Shown piece after piece: positions 49,636-59,331 of a stretch of 64,000 nt of DNA. A program made the translations under genes and the position numbers. The stretch lies in IMG/VR virus record IMGVR_UViG_3300026484_000007, positions 186,001 through 250,000 of that record. One strand, 5' to 3'. How positions within the stretch are numbered: position 1 is the stretch's first letter; every line of letters begins with the position of its first letter. The notes beneath the pieces were generated by a model. It searched no databases. It was not told where the DNA came from and worked only from the letters and a program-made list of their open reading frames with translations.

Positions 49636-50478
49636 ATGAGTCTTTATACTTTAATTGAAGAAGCTTATAATTCTAAAGAAAAAGCTCTCGCGACAATGGG
49701 ACTTGGTGCTCTTGGAGCAGGAGTAGCTGCATATCATGGTCATAGCGTTGATCAATTAGATAATTTGATAGATAAAGAAACTGGATTAACCGATTTAGAA
49801 GCGAATAACTTTAGAGCAGACGCTGCTTTATCAAAAGATGGAATACTAGGGAAAGTGAAAGGAGTTTTTGATTTATCTACTGGTAAATTAGATCCTCGAG
49901 AATTAGCTAAAGCTTATCAAACAGATCCAGATGTTAAAAATTTAATAGATGAAAAACTAGATCCTGAAAGCAAAAAATATATATTAAAAATTATGAATCT
50001 TCAAGATAAATTCAATGATCATCTTTTTCATATTGAGAATGATAAAAAAGAATTACCTGGGGTATTTAATGGTCATGCAAACGCAACTGCTTACGGAGCA
50101 GCAGGATTAATGGGTGGGGCAGCTCTTGGAGCAGCAGCGACATCAGATACGCTTAATCCTAAAAAAGAAACTAAGCAGTTAAAGAAAATTGAAAAAGATT
50201 ATGAAAAAATTTTAAAAGATAAGCAAAAGCTAGCAGAAGAGCTTGAAAAAGAAAAAGCTTTACAATCGACTGTAAAAGATTATCATTTAGAGTCGACTCC
50301 AGCGCCTCCAGCGCCTCAAGCGCCTCAAGCTCAACCAGCGCCAGTTCAGATACCATTTCATCCAAACGTTCAATATTATTATGATCCATTAAATCCATAT
50401 GGTTTACCAGCTCAATCTACACAACCTACCCAACCTATTCAACCTATTCAACCTATTCAACCTACTTTATTAAGATAA
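49636..50478 (+). CDS. glycine-zipper protein (N- and C-terminal zippers, Pro/Gln tail)
   Basis: MSLYTLIEE|A; GLGALGAGVAA; GAAGLMGGAALG. Confidence 0.8.
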   Translation: MSLYTLIEEAYNSKEKALATMGLGALGAGVAAYHGHSVDQLDNLIDKETGLTDLEANNFRADAALSKDGILGKVKGVFDLSTGKLDPRELAKAYQTDPDVKNLIDEKLDPESKKYILKIMNLQDKFNDHLFHIENDKKELPGVFNGHANATAYGAAGLMGGAALGAAATSDTLNPKKETKQLKKIEKDYEKILKDKQKLAEELEKEKALQSTVKDYHLESTPAPPAPQAPQAQPAPVQIPFHPNVQYYYDPLNPYGLPAQSTQPTQPIQPIQPIQPTLLR

Positions 50479-50496
50479 CTTTTAAAGGAATTAATT

Positions 50497-52284
50497 ATGA
50501 AAAACGAGAAAAAAGAAATGAATTTTAAACCAAAAAAATTTAGAGAAATCGAAGAAAGTTTTTTAAAAAATCTTGGATTATATGGTGGATTGGGAGCAGC
50601 AGGAGCTGCTGCTGCAATCTATGGAAACGATCATTGGGATCCGAATGCGACTCATACTGAAGTTGTTGAAAAAGTAAAACATGGAGTAGGCGCGACTGGG
50701 GATAAAGCTGCATGGGACGCGCATGTAAAAAAGGAAAATGAATTTATAAATAATGAAACAGCTTCCGATTTTAATAAATTAATGAAGGGTAATTTTAGTA
50801 ATTCTAAGAACGATTACCAGGAATACCTAAAACAAACAGAGACTATCGATGATTTTAGAAAACTGACACCAGAACAGCAAAAACATTATATTCTTAGCTT
50901 AGCGGGATATGATTTCGATCATCCTGAAGCTTCTAAAAATACTTTAGCATTAAAGTTTGCTCAAGATTTTTATGCTCAAGAATTAGCTAAACAGTATCCT
51001 GAGGCTAAAAACCCTGAAATTTTTCAAACTATGGCTAAGAATTTCTTTGATAATAATAATACTAATGATACTTGGATGTTTAATAAAGATAATAAATTCG
51101 TTCAAGCTCAAGCAGGAGCTGAAAATTCATTCAACGATGCTTTAAAATTAAACAGTCCTAAAATTGATTTTAAAAATGATTGGACTACTTTTACTCAAAA
51201 TAAAAATCAAGATTATATGAACATGGGAAGAATTTTATCAACAGTTGATGGAAATGGTAATGATAATGGCAACAATTTAGTAAATTTTGGAGATTTTATT
51301 AAAAAAGATGGAACGTTTGATTTCAATAAAGCTTCGCAATTTTATAATGGAGATGTTAATAAAGTTAAAGAATTATATAAAACATTTATCGATGCCGCTG
51401 ATACTGACGCAGGCGATACGTTTTCAGGAGACAATATTAAAAATAAAAATCCTTACCCAAATCCGAATGGATTTTTTGATCATATTTCAAATTATTTTTC
51501 AAAAGGTAATATGCCTTTTAATAAAATTAATTCCATTGATGATTTAAAAGCTTGGAATGAAAAACTTTTAGAGACACAACCAAATGCTGCAAAAATATCA
51601 AATTATGATGCTGTTTATAGTGGATTTTTTAATCCTGATACTATGCATCCAGCTGGAACATTAAACAGTTCTCAAGGGACTGATCTTGATTCTAATTTAG
51701 ATTTTTCAAAATTAACTTTAAAAAGCGATACTACGACACCGTCACCTGTAAAAACAGATTTTGATCAATTCAATAAAAAATATGAATCCTATAAACCATA
51801 CGGAGACCAGGCAAATATTTTTATAAAAAACTGGAGTAATTCTACTGTCTTTGATGGACAAGGTAATGTAAAAGATACAGATTCTGTAGTTAATCCAAAT
51901 GAAAAGTGGAGAGAATTTGATTATGATAAAAATGGTAAGATAGATGAAAAAGATTTTGAAGCTTTTAAAAAGTCGGACGAATATCATAAAAAATTAGAAG
52001 AATACAGAAACAAACATCATTCTGAATACGAAAAAAAATTTTTAGAAAATTATAAAGGCAAAATTCCCGAAAAATATAATCCGGGGCATGATGAAATAAT
52101 CAAAGAAAAGAAAGAAGTAAAAGGTATTACTACTAAACCGATGGCTGGTCTTGTAGGAGCTGGAGCTGGACTTGCTGCAGCAGGTATAAGTTCTGCAATC
52201 GCTAACGCAGCAAAAAAACCTAATCATTCGCAGTTCCCAGCTCATCCAACGTATTCGCCGTATCCAGCATATCCTCATAGATAA
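50497..52284 (+). CDS. large glycine-zipper protein with EF-hand loop
   Basis: EIEE|S; GLYGGLGAAG; DYDKNGKIDEKD; GLVGAGAGLAAAG. Confidence 0.8.
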   Translation: MKNEKKEMNFKPKKFREIEESFLKNLGLYGGLGAAGAAAAIYGNDHWDPNATHTEVVEKVKHGVGATGDKAAWDAHVKKENEFINNETASDFNKLMKGNFSNSKNDYQEYLKQTETIDDFRKLTPEQQKHYILSLAGYDFDHPEASKNTLALKFAQDFYAQELAKQYPEAKNPEIFQTMAKNFFDNNNTNDTWMFNKDNKFVQAQAGAENSFNDALKLNSPKIDFKNDWTTFTQNKNQDYMNMGRILSTVDGNGNDNGNNLVNFGDFIKKDGTFDFNKASQFYNGDVNKVKELYKTFIDAADTDAGDTFSGDNIKNKNPYPNPNGFFDHISNYFSKGNMPFNKINSIDDLKAWNEKLLETQPNAAKISNYDAVYSGFFNPDTMHPAGTLNSSQGTDLDSNLDFSKLTLKSDTTTPSPVKTDFDQFNKKYESYKPYGDQANIFIKNWSNSTVFDGQGNVKDTDSVVNPNEKWREFDYDKNGKIDEKDFEAFKKSDEYHKKLEEYRNKHHSEYEKKFLENYKGKIPEKYNPGHDEIIKEKKEVKGITTKPMAGLVGAGAGLAAAGISSAIANAAKKPNHSQFPAHPTYSPYPAYPHR

Positions 52285-52296
52285 AAGGAGGATTTA

Positions 52297-52845
52297 ATGT
52301 TAAATTATTTACAAGAGCAATCTATAGGGCTTCAAGTTCTAAAATCAAAATTGGTTCCAGAAGAATCAAAAGAAGAATCTAAAAAAGATTCGAAAGAATC
52401 TTCTGGTCTTTTTAAGAAAACAGGTATCTTTACTGGATTAAGAGCTAGCGATAATTTTAGTAAAAATAAAGTAAAAGATGCGATAGATAAAACTTCAGAA
52501 GCCGCTTTCGATTCAATTGGAATGACCGAAAATAAACCTAAAAAAGATAATGAAAAATCTTTTGGTTACATTGCTGACAGCGCGTATCAAAAACTTCAAA
52601 AGATCGATGAAGTAATTAATATTTTTGAAACAACATTTCGCAATAACGTATTGACCGTCAAAGGAACTCATAAAAGAGGTTTACCGTATGTTTCTCTCAC
52701 TAAAGAAAAAATGGCTAAAACTTACAAAAAACCTCGAGCGCATGCTACTGATCCTCTTGGGAAAGATCCAAAACAAGCTGCGATAGATTTAAGAAAAAAT
52801 ACAAGAGTTCTTCAAAAGATCAAACAAGGAACACAAAATGGCTAG
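52297..52845 (+). CDS. hypothetical basic virion protein
   Basis: MLNYLQE| leader; AGGAGG RBS. Confidence 0.7.
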   Translation: MLNYLQEQSIGLQVLKSKLVPEESKEESKKDSKESSGLFKKTGIFTGLRASDNFSKNKVKDAIDKTSEAAFDSIGMTENKPKKDNEKSFGYIADSAYQKLQKIDEVINIFETTFRNNVLTVKGTHKRGLPYVSLTKEKMAKTYKKPRAHATDPLGKDPKQAAIDLRKNTRVLQKIKQGTQNG

Positions 52846-53173
52846 TATTCTTGTTGGTGATATTGATACGACAATGATCAACGGAATTCCAAATGAATTA
52901 ATTTTTAAAAATATATTAAATAATAATATTCAATTTTTTCAAGAAAACGAATTGAAAGCGTTAGATACTTTTAAGATCGATGAATCTTATAAATACCGTC
53001 CAGATAAAGTAGCTTTCGAATACTACGGAGAAGACGGCTATTATCCTCTCGTGCTTTACGCAAATAATATTGGATCAATTTTACAATTTAATCCAGAGAT
53101 TATTGGAGATGAGATAAAATTATTAAAACCAGAATATGCATTAAAATTAATAATTGATTATAGGCATAAATAA
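52838..53173 (+). CDS. baseplate wedge protein, T4 gp53/LysM-like
   Basis: YRPDKVAFEYYG...VLYANNI. Confidence 0.8.
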   Translation: MASILVGDIDTTMINGIPNELIFKNILNNNIQFFQENELKALDTFKIDESYKYRPDKVAFEYYGEDGYYPLVLYANNIGSILQFNPEIIGDEIKLLKPEYALKLIIDYRHK

Positions 53174-53261
53174 TATAATAAATAATATAATAAATAATAT
53201 AATAAATAATATAATAAATAATATAATAAATAATATAATAAATAATATAATAAATAATATA
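53166..53261. repeat. pure-AT tandem repeat (ATAAATAATATA)x8
   Basis: eight perfect 12-mers; ACTGACCTT x~2.7 follows at 53293-53317. Confidence 0.95.
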
Positions 53262-53345
53262 ATACATATATGCGAACAGACGCAGTCAATTAACTGACCT
53301 TACTGACCTTACTGACTACGTCAAAACGATTAAAAGGAGATTTAA

Positions 53346-54374
53346 ATGTTATATCGAGAAATTAAAAGATTTCATCTCGAGAAAGTCCCGTTAAATCAAG
53401 AAACATTTGACGAATTAAAAAGAAGACTTTTTTTAGCTTTATCCAAATATAAAAGTTCTAAAAAAACAAGAATCGTTCATAAAATTATAGAAAATAATCT
53501 TTTTCAACTTTATTTTTTCAATAAAGATATTTCTGACGAAGTGATATTAATTTTTTCAGAGAATAATAAAATTACATTATTTCCTATAAATATTGATTTA
53601 ATTGCAGATTACTCGCCTGATGATATAGTTCATATCGCGGACCAAATTATTTTAACTCATAGAAAATTAAAAGAAGAAAAAGAAGTTTTAAGCGCGCACC
53701 AAATATACAATATTGAAAAATTAAATAAAAAATTAGAAGATTTATATGAAAGATATTTAGACGCTTTTGATTATTTTAAAATAATTGATATTCTTTATTA
53801 TGGATTTTTAAAATTCTTAGCGGGAAGAATATTCCTTACGAATCAAAAGTTATCGAAAGAAGTCCTTGAAGAACTATCAAGCATCATCTTTGAAATTATT
53901 TCAAAAATCTATACAAAAAGTGTTAAAAAATATTTAAATTCATATGAAGAAAAGATAGTTAAAGCTATCGCAGGTATCTATGTTTTAAGTGCTTTTAAAG
54001 AAGAAAATTCTTCAATGATTCTAAAAAAGATTCAAAAAATTTATGACGAAGAAGTTTTTTCAGCAATTAAAAAAATTAGAAAAGTAAGTATGAAATCTTT
54101 AGATGATCTTATTGAAGCTTTATTCGATACAGAAGTTTTTAAAGTTTCAAAAAATATTTTCAAAATCAATCTTAGACAAATCCTTGGTGACAAAGCAGAA
54201 TATTTTATACAAGGTCCAGCAAATGAATTCATTGCATTCTTGTGTTCTTTGAATCATAAAAATCAATTATTTAATGCTTTATCTCCGAATGAAAAGAAAA
54301 CTGTTAGATTAGAAGAACTTGTTTTTAATGAAAAAGGAAATGTGATCTTAAATAAATTAAGGCCAATGCTATGA
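53346..54374 (+). CDS. hypothetical protein
   Basis: 342 aa, AAGGAG RBS. Confidence 0.75.
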   Translation: MLYREIKRFHLEKVPLNQETFDELKRRLFLALSKYKSSKKTRIVHKIIENNLFQLYFFNKDISDEVILIFSENNKITLFPINIDLIADYSPDDIVHIADQIILTHRKLKEEKEVLSAHQIYNIEKLNKKLEDLYERYLDAFDYFKIIDILYYGFLKFLAGRIFLTNQKLSKEVLEELSSIIFEIISKIYTKSVKKYLNSYEEKIVKAIAGIYVLSAFKEENSSMILKKIQKIYDEEVFSAIKKIRKVSMKSLDDLIEALFDTEVFKVSKNIFKINLRQILGDKAEYFIQGPANEFIAFLCSLNHKNQLFNALSPNEKKTVRLEELVFNEKGNVILNKLRPML

Positions 54375-54682
54375 CGCCTACTATTATAAGAAAAGGATCT
54401 AAAAAAGATTCAGAAAAGAAAAAATTTTCTTTTCTATTTGAATATACGCCAGATGGCGAAATGTATCTTACAAAGATCACTCGACCTGTAAGCTATTTTA
54501 TTATGCTTTTTATTTTTATATTTTTATTAATTCTCAATAGTTTCAATGTAATTCATACTGACGAATTATATATTGAAACATTAAAACAAGTTCTGCTTTT
54601 AATGACAGGATTTTATTTTACTGCGCGCACGCTCGAAAAAATTCAAAAAGGATCTAAAAAAGATCCTTTGGATGAGAAATAA
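54371..54682 (+). CDS. holin-like membrane protein
   Basis: TRP + TM helix, second helix ending GFYFTARTLEK, typical of small phage holins. Confidence 0.6.
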   Translation: MTPTIIRKGSKKDSEKKKFSFLFEYTPDGEMYLTKITRPVSYFIMLFIFIFLLILNSFNVIHTDELYIETLKQVLLLMTGFYFTARTLEKIQKGSKKDPLDEK

Positions 54683-54803
54683 AAAATAATTTTTTAAATT
54701 AATTTTTTAAAACGATTTTCCCTAAAAGGATCCTAAAAGGATCCTTTTAGGATTTTTGTCGTTAAACGAAAACCAAATTAATTTAATATTTTAAGGAGAC
54801 CTA

Positions 54804-57800
54804 ATGGGTGCTTTAGGTAATGAATATTTATATAAAAAATTGGTCGAAGAACAACAAGCGCAAGAAATGCGTAATAAAATGGCTTCGAAAAATAGTTTTT
54901 TTAATAAAAATATAATCGGAGGAACTCAGCGTATGACTGGTAGTCCATTGATTGGAGCTCTTGCTCCTACAATGGCTGCTGGAATGGGTAAAACGATGGT
55001 GACTGCTCACACAACTGACGCAGCTCTTCAAATGGCAGGATCTATTCCTTATTTATTTTTAAAAGCTGGTCAAGGAGCAAATTATTTAAATAAATATAAA
55101 CAATTAGATCTTAAATTTCAAAGCGGTTTGATGGATAATTATAGTGGCTTTAGTCATACGATGCATAATGCTATGAAAGTTCAAACTGCTTCTGCGGGAG
55201 CTAGTGCGGCTGCCGCTGCGCTTGGTCATACTGGAGCAGCTCAATGGATAGCTGCTCATAACCCAATGCTTATGGCTTTTCATGGATTAGGACCAAGTAG
55301 TGGGCTGGGATCTTTAACAGGAGCAATTGGAAAAGGAACCGCAGGACTTTTAGGTTTAAAAGGTGGTGCTGCGACAGCTCTTGGAACTCTTGGATCTTTC
55401 GCTCCTATGGCGTTAGCCCTTGGTGGGTTAATGTATGGTGCTCATAAATTTAATAAAATGGGTGGAAGCGATACAACCATCCAAAATAAAAAAATTAGAA
55501 ACGAGACTCCAAAAGTCAATGGTATTCAAAAGTTGATCTCCGAAGGATCATATAAGACACATGCGAATACTATTCAAATGCTTCAGGCTCAAAATTTATT
55601 AGATCCTTTTCAGACTTTACAATTAACTATCTTAAATGATATTAATCTTAATACCACAGCTAATAAATTAAGTTATATTGAAAAACACACGAAATCAACA
55701 GATAATGCTAGAGTAAGTAATGAATTAGCTAATAGATTTTATCAAGATGAATTTCGATCGAGCTCGTTGAGTGGTTCAAAAAATTTAAATAAAAATATTT
55801 GGTATAATGTAAACCAAGGGATCTCTTTAGGATCATTTAGATTATTTGCAAACTTAATGGGTCCTTTATCTCGAGTTATGTTTGGTCAACATGTTGGAGA
55901 AATTAATTCTCAAATCGATAGCATGCTGACTTCAGACAGCAGAAATTCTTTTCATAATGCTTTAACGAAAAGCGCAAATAAATTAAACATTCCTCATAAT
56001 TTACTTTCATCAGTTCACGCGAGCGCAAATGATTTTCTTAAGTATGAATCTTTTGAAGATCAATTATTAGGTTTAACTGCAAACATTCATGAAATATCAA
56101 GAACAAGTGCGTTAGCCCTTTTAGATATACGAACTGGTATGGGTTATAATCAAAGCACTTCTCTTGGTGATGGAGCAAAAACATCTGCTTTTAGTATCAT
56201 CGGAGACACCAAAGATTATCTAAAAAGAACAGCAGGAGTAAAATCATTTGAAGATAAATCTTTTGCTCAAAAATATTTTGGAAGCTTTTGGGGAACCTTA
56301 CTTGAAGGTGGATTAAGTTTTGCTCACGGATTAAGCACAAATGTATTAAAAGAAACAGCAAAACTCGGTGGTAAGCAATTAGATAAAGGATTAGTAAAAT
56401 TATTTGGAGCAGGATTCTCTGACGATCTTAATTACAAAGAAGCGGTTAAACAGAAAAAGATAAATAACTTACTTAAGTTAGCTGCTAAAAAAGGCGACAT
56501 CAACGAAGCATTTAATTCAATGACTAATTCTGATTATGATTTAAGTCAGTCGCTTCATATAGCGACCATCTTACATAAAGAAAGAAAAAAAGAACATTTC
56601 ACTGGAAATTATTCTGACGACATTGAAAAAGCTTTAAATGGTTTAGATCTTGAAACAGAGATAAATGAAAGTAATATCACAAAAGAACACGTTAAAAACG
56701 CTGAAAAAGTTCTAGATAAAATTAATAATACAATCAGAAAACTTAACGATGAAAAGAAAAGAATTACTAATCCAGATAGATTAGAAGAAATTAATAAAAA
56801 GATTAAATCATTCAGAAGAATAAAAACAATTGTAGAATCTCGATATTCTAAATTGAATCTTTTATGGATCGCTAAAAAGAATGGTGGAATTGAAAAAGCA
56901 ATCCAATCTGGTAAATTAAATTCTGATAAAGATGCTTTTTTAGCTTATAAAGAATTTGATCCTACTCAATCCGGAGGAAGCAATAGTTACGTTCAGAATT
57001 TATTAAATCCATTTTTAGATCCATTCAGACAAATGCGATCTTCTTTTATAAATTATAAAGAAAATCTTGCTCGAAAATTAAGAAATTCATTCAATATTTA
57101 TTCTCAAAAAGATATTGAAAAATTATACGACGACGCTAAAAGTAAACTTAGAAAAGTCGATTATGAAAAATCTGGTAGGGAATTTCTTGGTAAAAAATTC
57201 CCAGATATGATGATCCAAATTCTAAACGAACTTAAAACACAGAGTTCGTATTTAAAAGATCTCTTACGTTGTAATGGTTGTAGCGTTAAGCAAGTAAAAG
57301 GATTAATTTCAGGAAAATGGCGAGGTCAGTTTGGTGATATAATGACTGACTCAGAATACGATAGAAGACTTTCAACAGAAGCTTTATCCCAAGTGGAAGG
57401 ACAATTAGAAACCGGTAAAAGCAAAAGATTAATTGGAGGTCTTACTAAACACATAGGAATTAATCTTTTAAAATTGATGACTCTTGGATCAATCAAAGCG
57501 GAAGAATTCAATACTGGATCATCCGTTATGAAAAAATTTAGAATGTATACAAGATTAAATGACGATCAGCTTCAAAGAATTCAGGAAAAAGAAAATAAAG
57601 AAAAAGAATTCGAAAAAGAATTAAAAGAAAAAGTAGAATCTGAGAAAAAAAGTTCTAAAACTTTAGAAGTAATTGAAACGACTGTTAAAAAATGGTTTTC
57701 TTTTGAAAAAGAATCTAAAAAAGATTCAGAGAAGAAAGAAGAATCAAAGAAAAAATGGTTGGAAAATTTATTAGTTGGAGGTTTAGGTTTATCTCTTGGA

Positions 57801-59315
57801 GGTTTATTATATAGTGGGTTCGGTTATCTTGCAGAACATTTAGATCATATGATAGATAGCGCATATGAATGGATGCAAGATAACTCTTCAACATTAAAAA
57901 GTGTAGCTGCTACACTTGGTGGAATAGGAGCTGCATACGGTATTAAAAAAGCGAAAGACGCCGTTTTCGGAAAGAAACAGAAACCTAAAACAGATACTTC
58001 TGAAAAACCTAAAAACGATAAATCCAAAAATAAAAAAACTAATAAAACTAATAAACCTAAAAACAATAAACCTAATAAAATTAAGAAAATCGTAAAAAAT
58101 ACGAAACGATCATTAAAAGGTTTCTGGGGAATTTTCCTTGAAAAGCTTAAGAATGTTTGGGATCGAGCGCTTGATTTATTCAAGAAAAAGAATCCAGGCA
58201 AAGTCGATAAAAAATCTTATAATTTTATCAAAACTATTAAAAATTTTATATCTAAGGCTCCAGAAGCTTTCGTAAAATTATTTAAGAGTTTTAGATCTGT
58301 AAGCGGATTTTTAAAAGCTACTAAAATAGTAAGAGCTTTCTTTTCAATGTTAGCAGTTGGTGGAGCTGTTGTTTTAGGTTCCGCTGGAATTGGATCAGCA
58401 ATGATCGCAATATTCACTTCATTTATTATTTTCTTAGTAACTGATTTCTTAATCGATATTGTAATTGATTTAATTAATTCTACAGGTGAAGCTGAAAACT
58501 ACGAAGCTCAAATTGTTTTAGAATCATTGAATAATATTAAAGATTTATCAAATGATGTAGAATACTATAAATTTTTATCTTCGCTTGATTCATTAGGTAA
58601 TATTGATGCGGCGAACACGTTAGTAAAACATTATACACGGACTGGAGATCTTAAACATAATTTATCAGCACTGATTGGAGGCGTTGAAGATAATTATTTT
58701 GAGAACGATGGAATAATATTTAACTTCAAAGAAAAAAATAAAAATGGCGCTAAAATAAGTAAAGATTTTATAAAAAATACATTATACAATCATCTTCGAT
58801 TTAATGATACTAGTAATGTTATTAGAGAGATGAATGCATTTGAATTATATGCAAAAGATAAAGATGATATAAAAAATATGCAAGCAATTGCTAACTTTAA
58901 AGTAATAGTAGAAATGCTTGATGAAAAGAAAAAACAAGAAATCTTTAGTTCTCCAGAAGTCTTTATGAGAAACTTCAATGACTTCCTTAAACAGCCAGAT
59001 AACTGGATCAACTCTCACGGTTTAACTGGTAGAGTAAAAAAGAAAAATATTGAATTCACTAATAAATTTGGAGAAGATTTTAATAAAGCTATTTATTATG
59101 AAAACGAAATTACTCCGAAATATAAAGCTGGTGCATCAGCAATATCGGAAGTTGATTTCAAAAAACCATTAGAAGAAGCAGTACAACAAATTACATTAAG
59201 TATATCAGAAGCAGCATCAATAATCACTTCAGCAATTAATAATCAGACGGTTAGTCTTTCAGGAACTTTAGCAGCAACAAAAGTTGAAAGTATTTCGTCT
59301 ATATCCGAAAAATAA
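54804..59315 (+). CDS. tape-measure-like large virion protein
   Basis: 1503 aa, helical, Gly/Ala-rich and TM segments, located among baseplate genes. Confidence 0.6.
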   Translation: MGALGNEYLYKKLVEEQQAQEMRNKMASKNSFFNKNIIGGTQRMTGSPLIGALAPTMAAGMGKTMVTAHTTDAALQMAGSIPYLFLKAGQGANYLNKYKQLDLKFQSGLMDNYSGFSHTMHNAMKVQTASAGASAAAAALGHTGAAQWIAAHNPMLMAFHGLGPSSGLGSLTGAIGKGTAGLLGLKGGAATALGTLGSFAPMALALGGLMYGAHKFNKMGGSDTTIQNKKIRNETPKVNGIQKLISEGSYKTHANTIQMLQAQNLLDPFQTLQLTILNDINLNTTANKLSYIEKHTKSTDNARVSNELANRFYQDEFRSSSLSGSKNLNKNIWYNVNQGISLGSFRLFANLMGPLSRVMFGQHVGEINSQIDSMLTSDSRNSFHNALTKSANKLNIPHNLLSSVHASANDFLKYESFEDQLLGLTANIHEISRTSALALLDIRTGMGYNQSTSLGDGAKTSAFSIIGDTKDYLKRTAGVKSFEDKSFAQKYFGSFWGTLLEGGLSFAHGLSTNVLKETAKLGGKQLDKGLVKLFGAGFSDDLNYKEAVKQKKINNLLKLAAKKGDINEAFNSMTNSDYDLSQSLHIATILHKERKKEHFTGNYSDDIEKALNGLDLETEINESNITKEHVKNAEKVLDKINNTIRKLNDEKKRITNPDRLEEINKKIKSFRRIKTIVESRYSKLNLLWIAKKNGGIEKAIQSGKLNSDKDAFLAYKEFDPTQSGGSNSYVQNLLNPFLDPFRQMRSSFINYKENLARKLRNSFNIYSQKDIEKLYDDAKSKLRKVDYEKSGREFLGKKFPDMMIQILNELKTQSSYLKDLLRCNGCSVKQVKGLISGKWRGQFGDIMTDSEYDRRLSTEALSQVEGQLETGKSKRLIGGLTKHIGINLLKLMTLGSIKAEEFNTGSSVMKKFRMYTRLNDDQLQRIQEKENKEKEFEKELKEKVESEKKSSKTLEVIETTVKKWFSFEKESKKDSEKKEESKKKWLENLLVGGLGLSLGGLLYSGFGYLAEHLDHMIDSAYEWMQDNSSTLKSVAATLGGIGAAYGIKKAKDAVFGKKQKPKTDTSEKPKNDKSKNKKTNKTNKPKNNKPNKIKKIVKNTKRSLKGFWGIFLEKLKNVWDRALDLFKKKNPGKVDKKSYNFIKTIKNFISKAPEAFVKLFKSFRSVSGFLKATKIVRAFFSMLAVGGAVVLGSAGIGSAMIAIFTSFIIFLVTDFLIDIVIDLINSTGEAENYEAQIVLESLNNIKDLSNDVEYYKFLSSLDSLGNIDAANTLVKHYTRTGDLKHNLSALIGGVEDNYFENDGIIFNFKEKNKNGAKISKDFIKNTLYNHLRFNDTSNVIREMNAFELYAKDKDDIKNMQAIANFKVIVEMLDEKKKQEIFSSPEVFMRNFNDFLKQPDNWINSHGLTGRVKKKNIEFTNKFGEDFNKAIYYENEITPKYKAGASAISEVDFKKPLEEAVQQITLSISEAASIITSAINNQTVSLSGTLAATKVESISSISEK

Positions 59316-59331
59316 TTTTTAAGGAGCTTTT

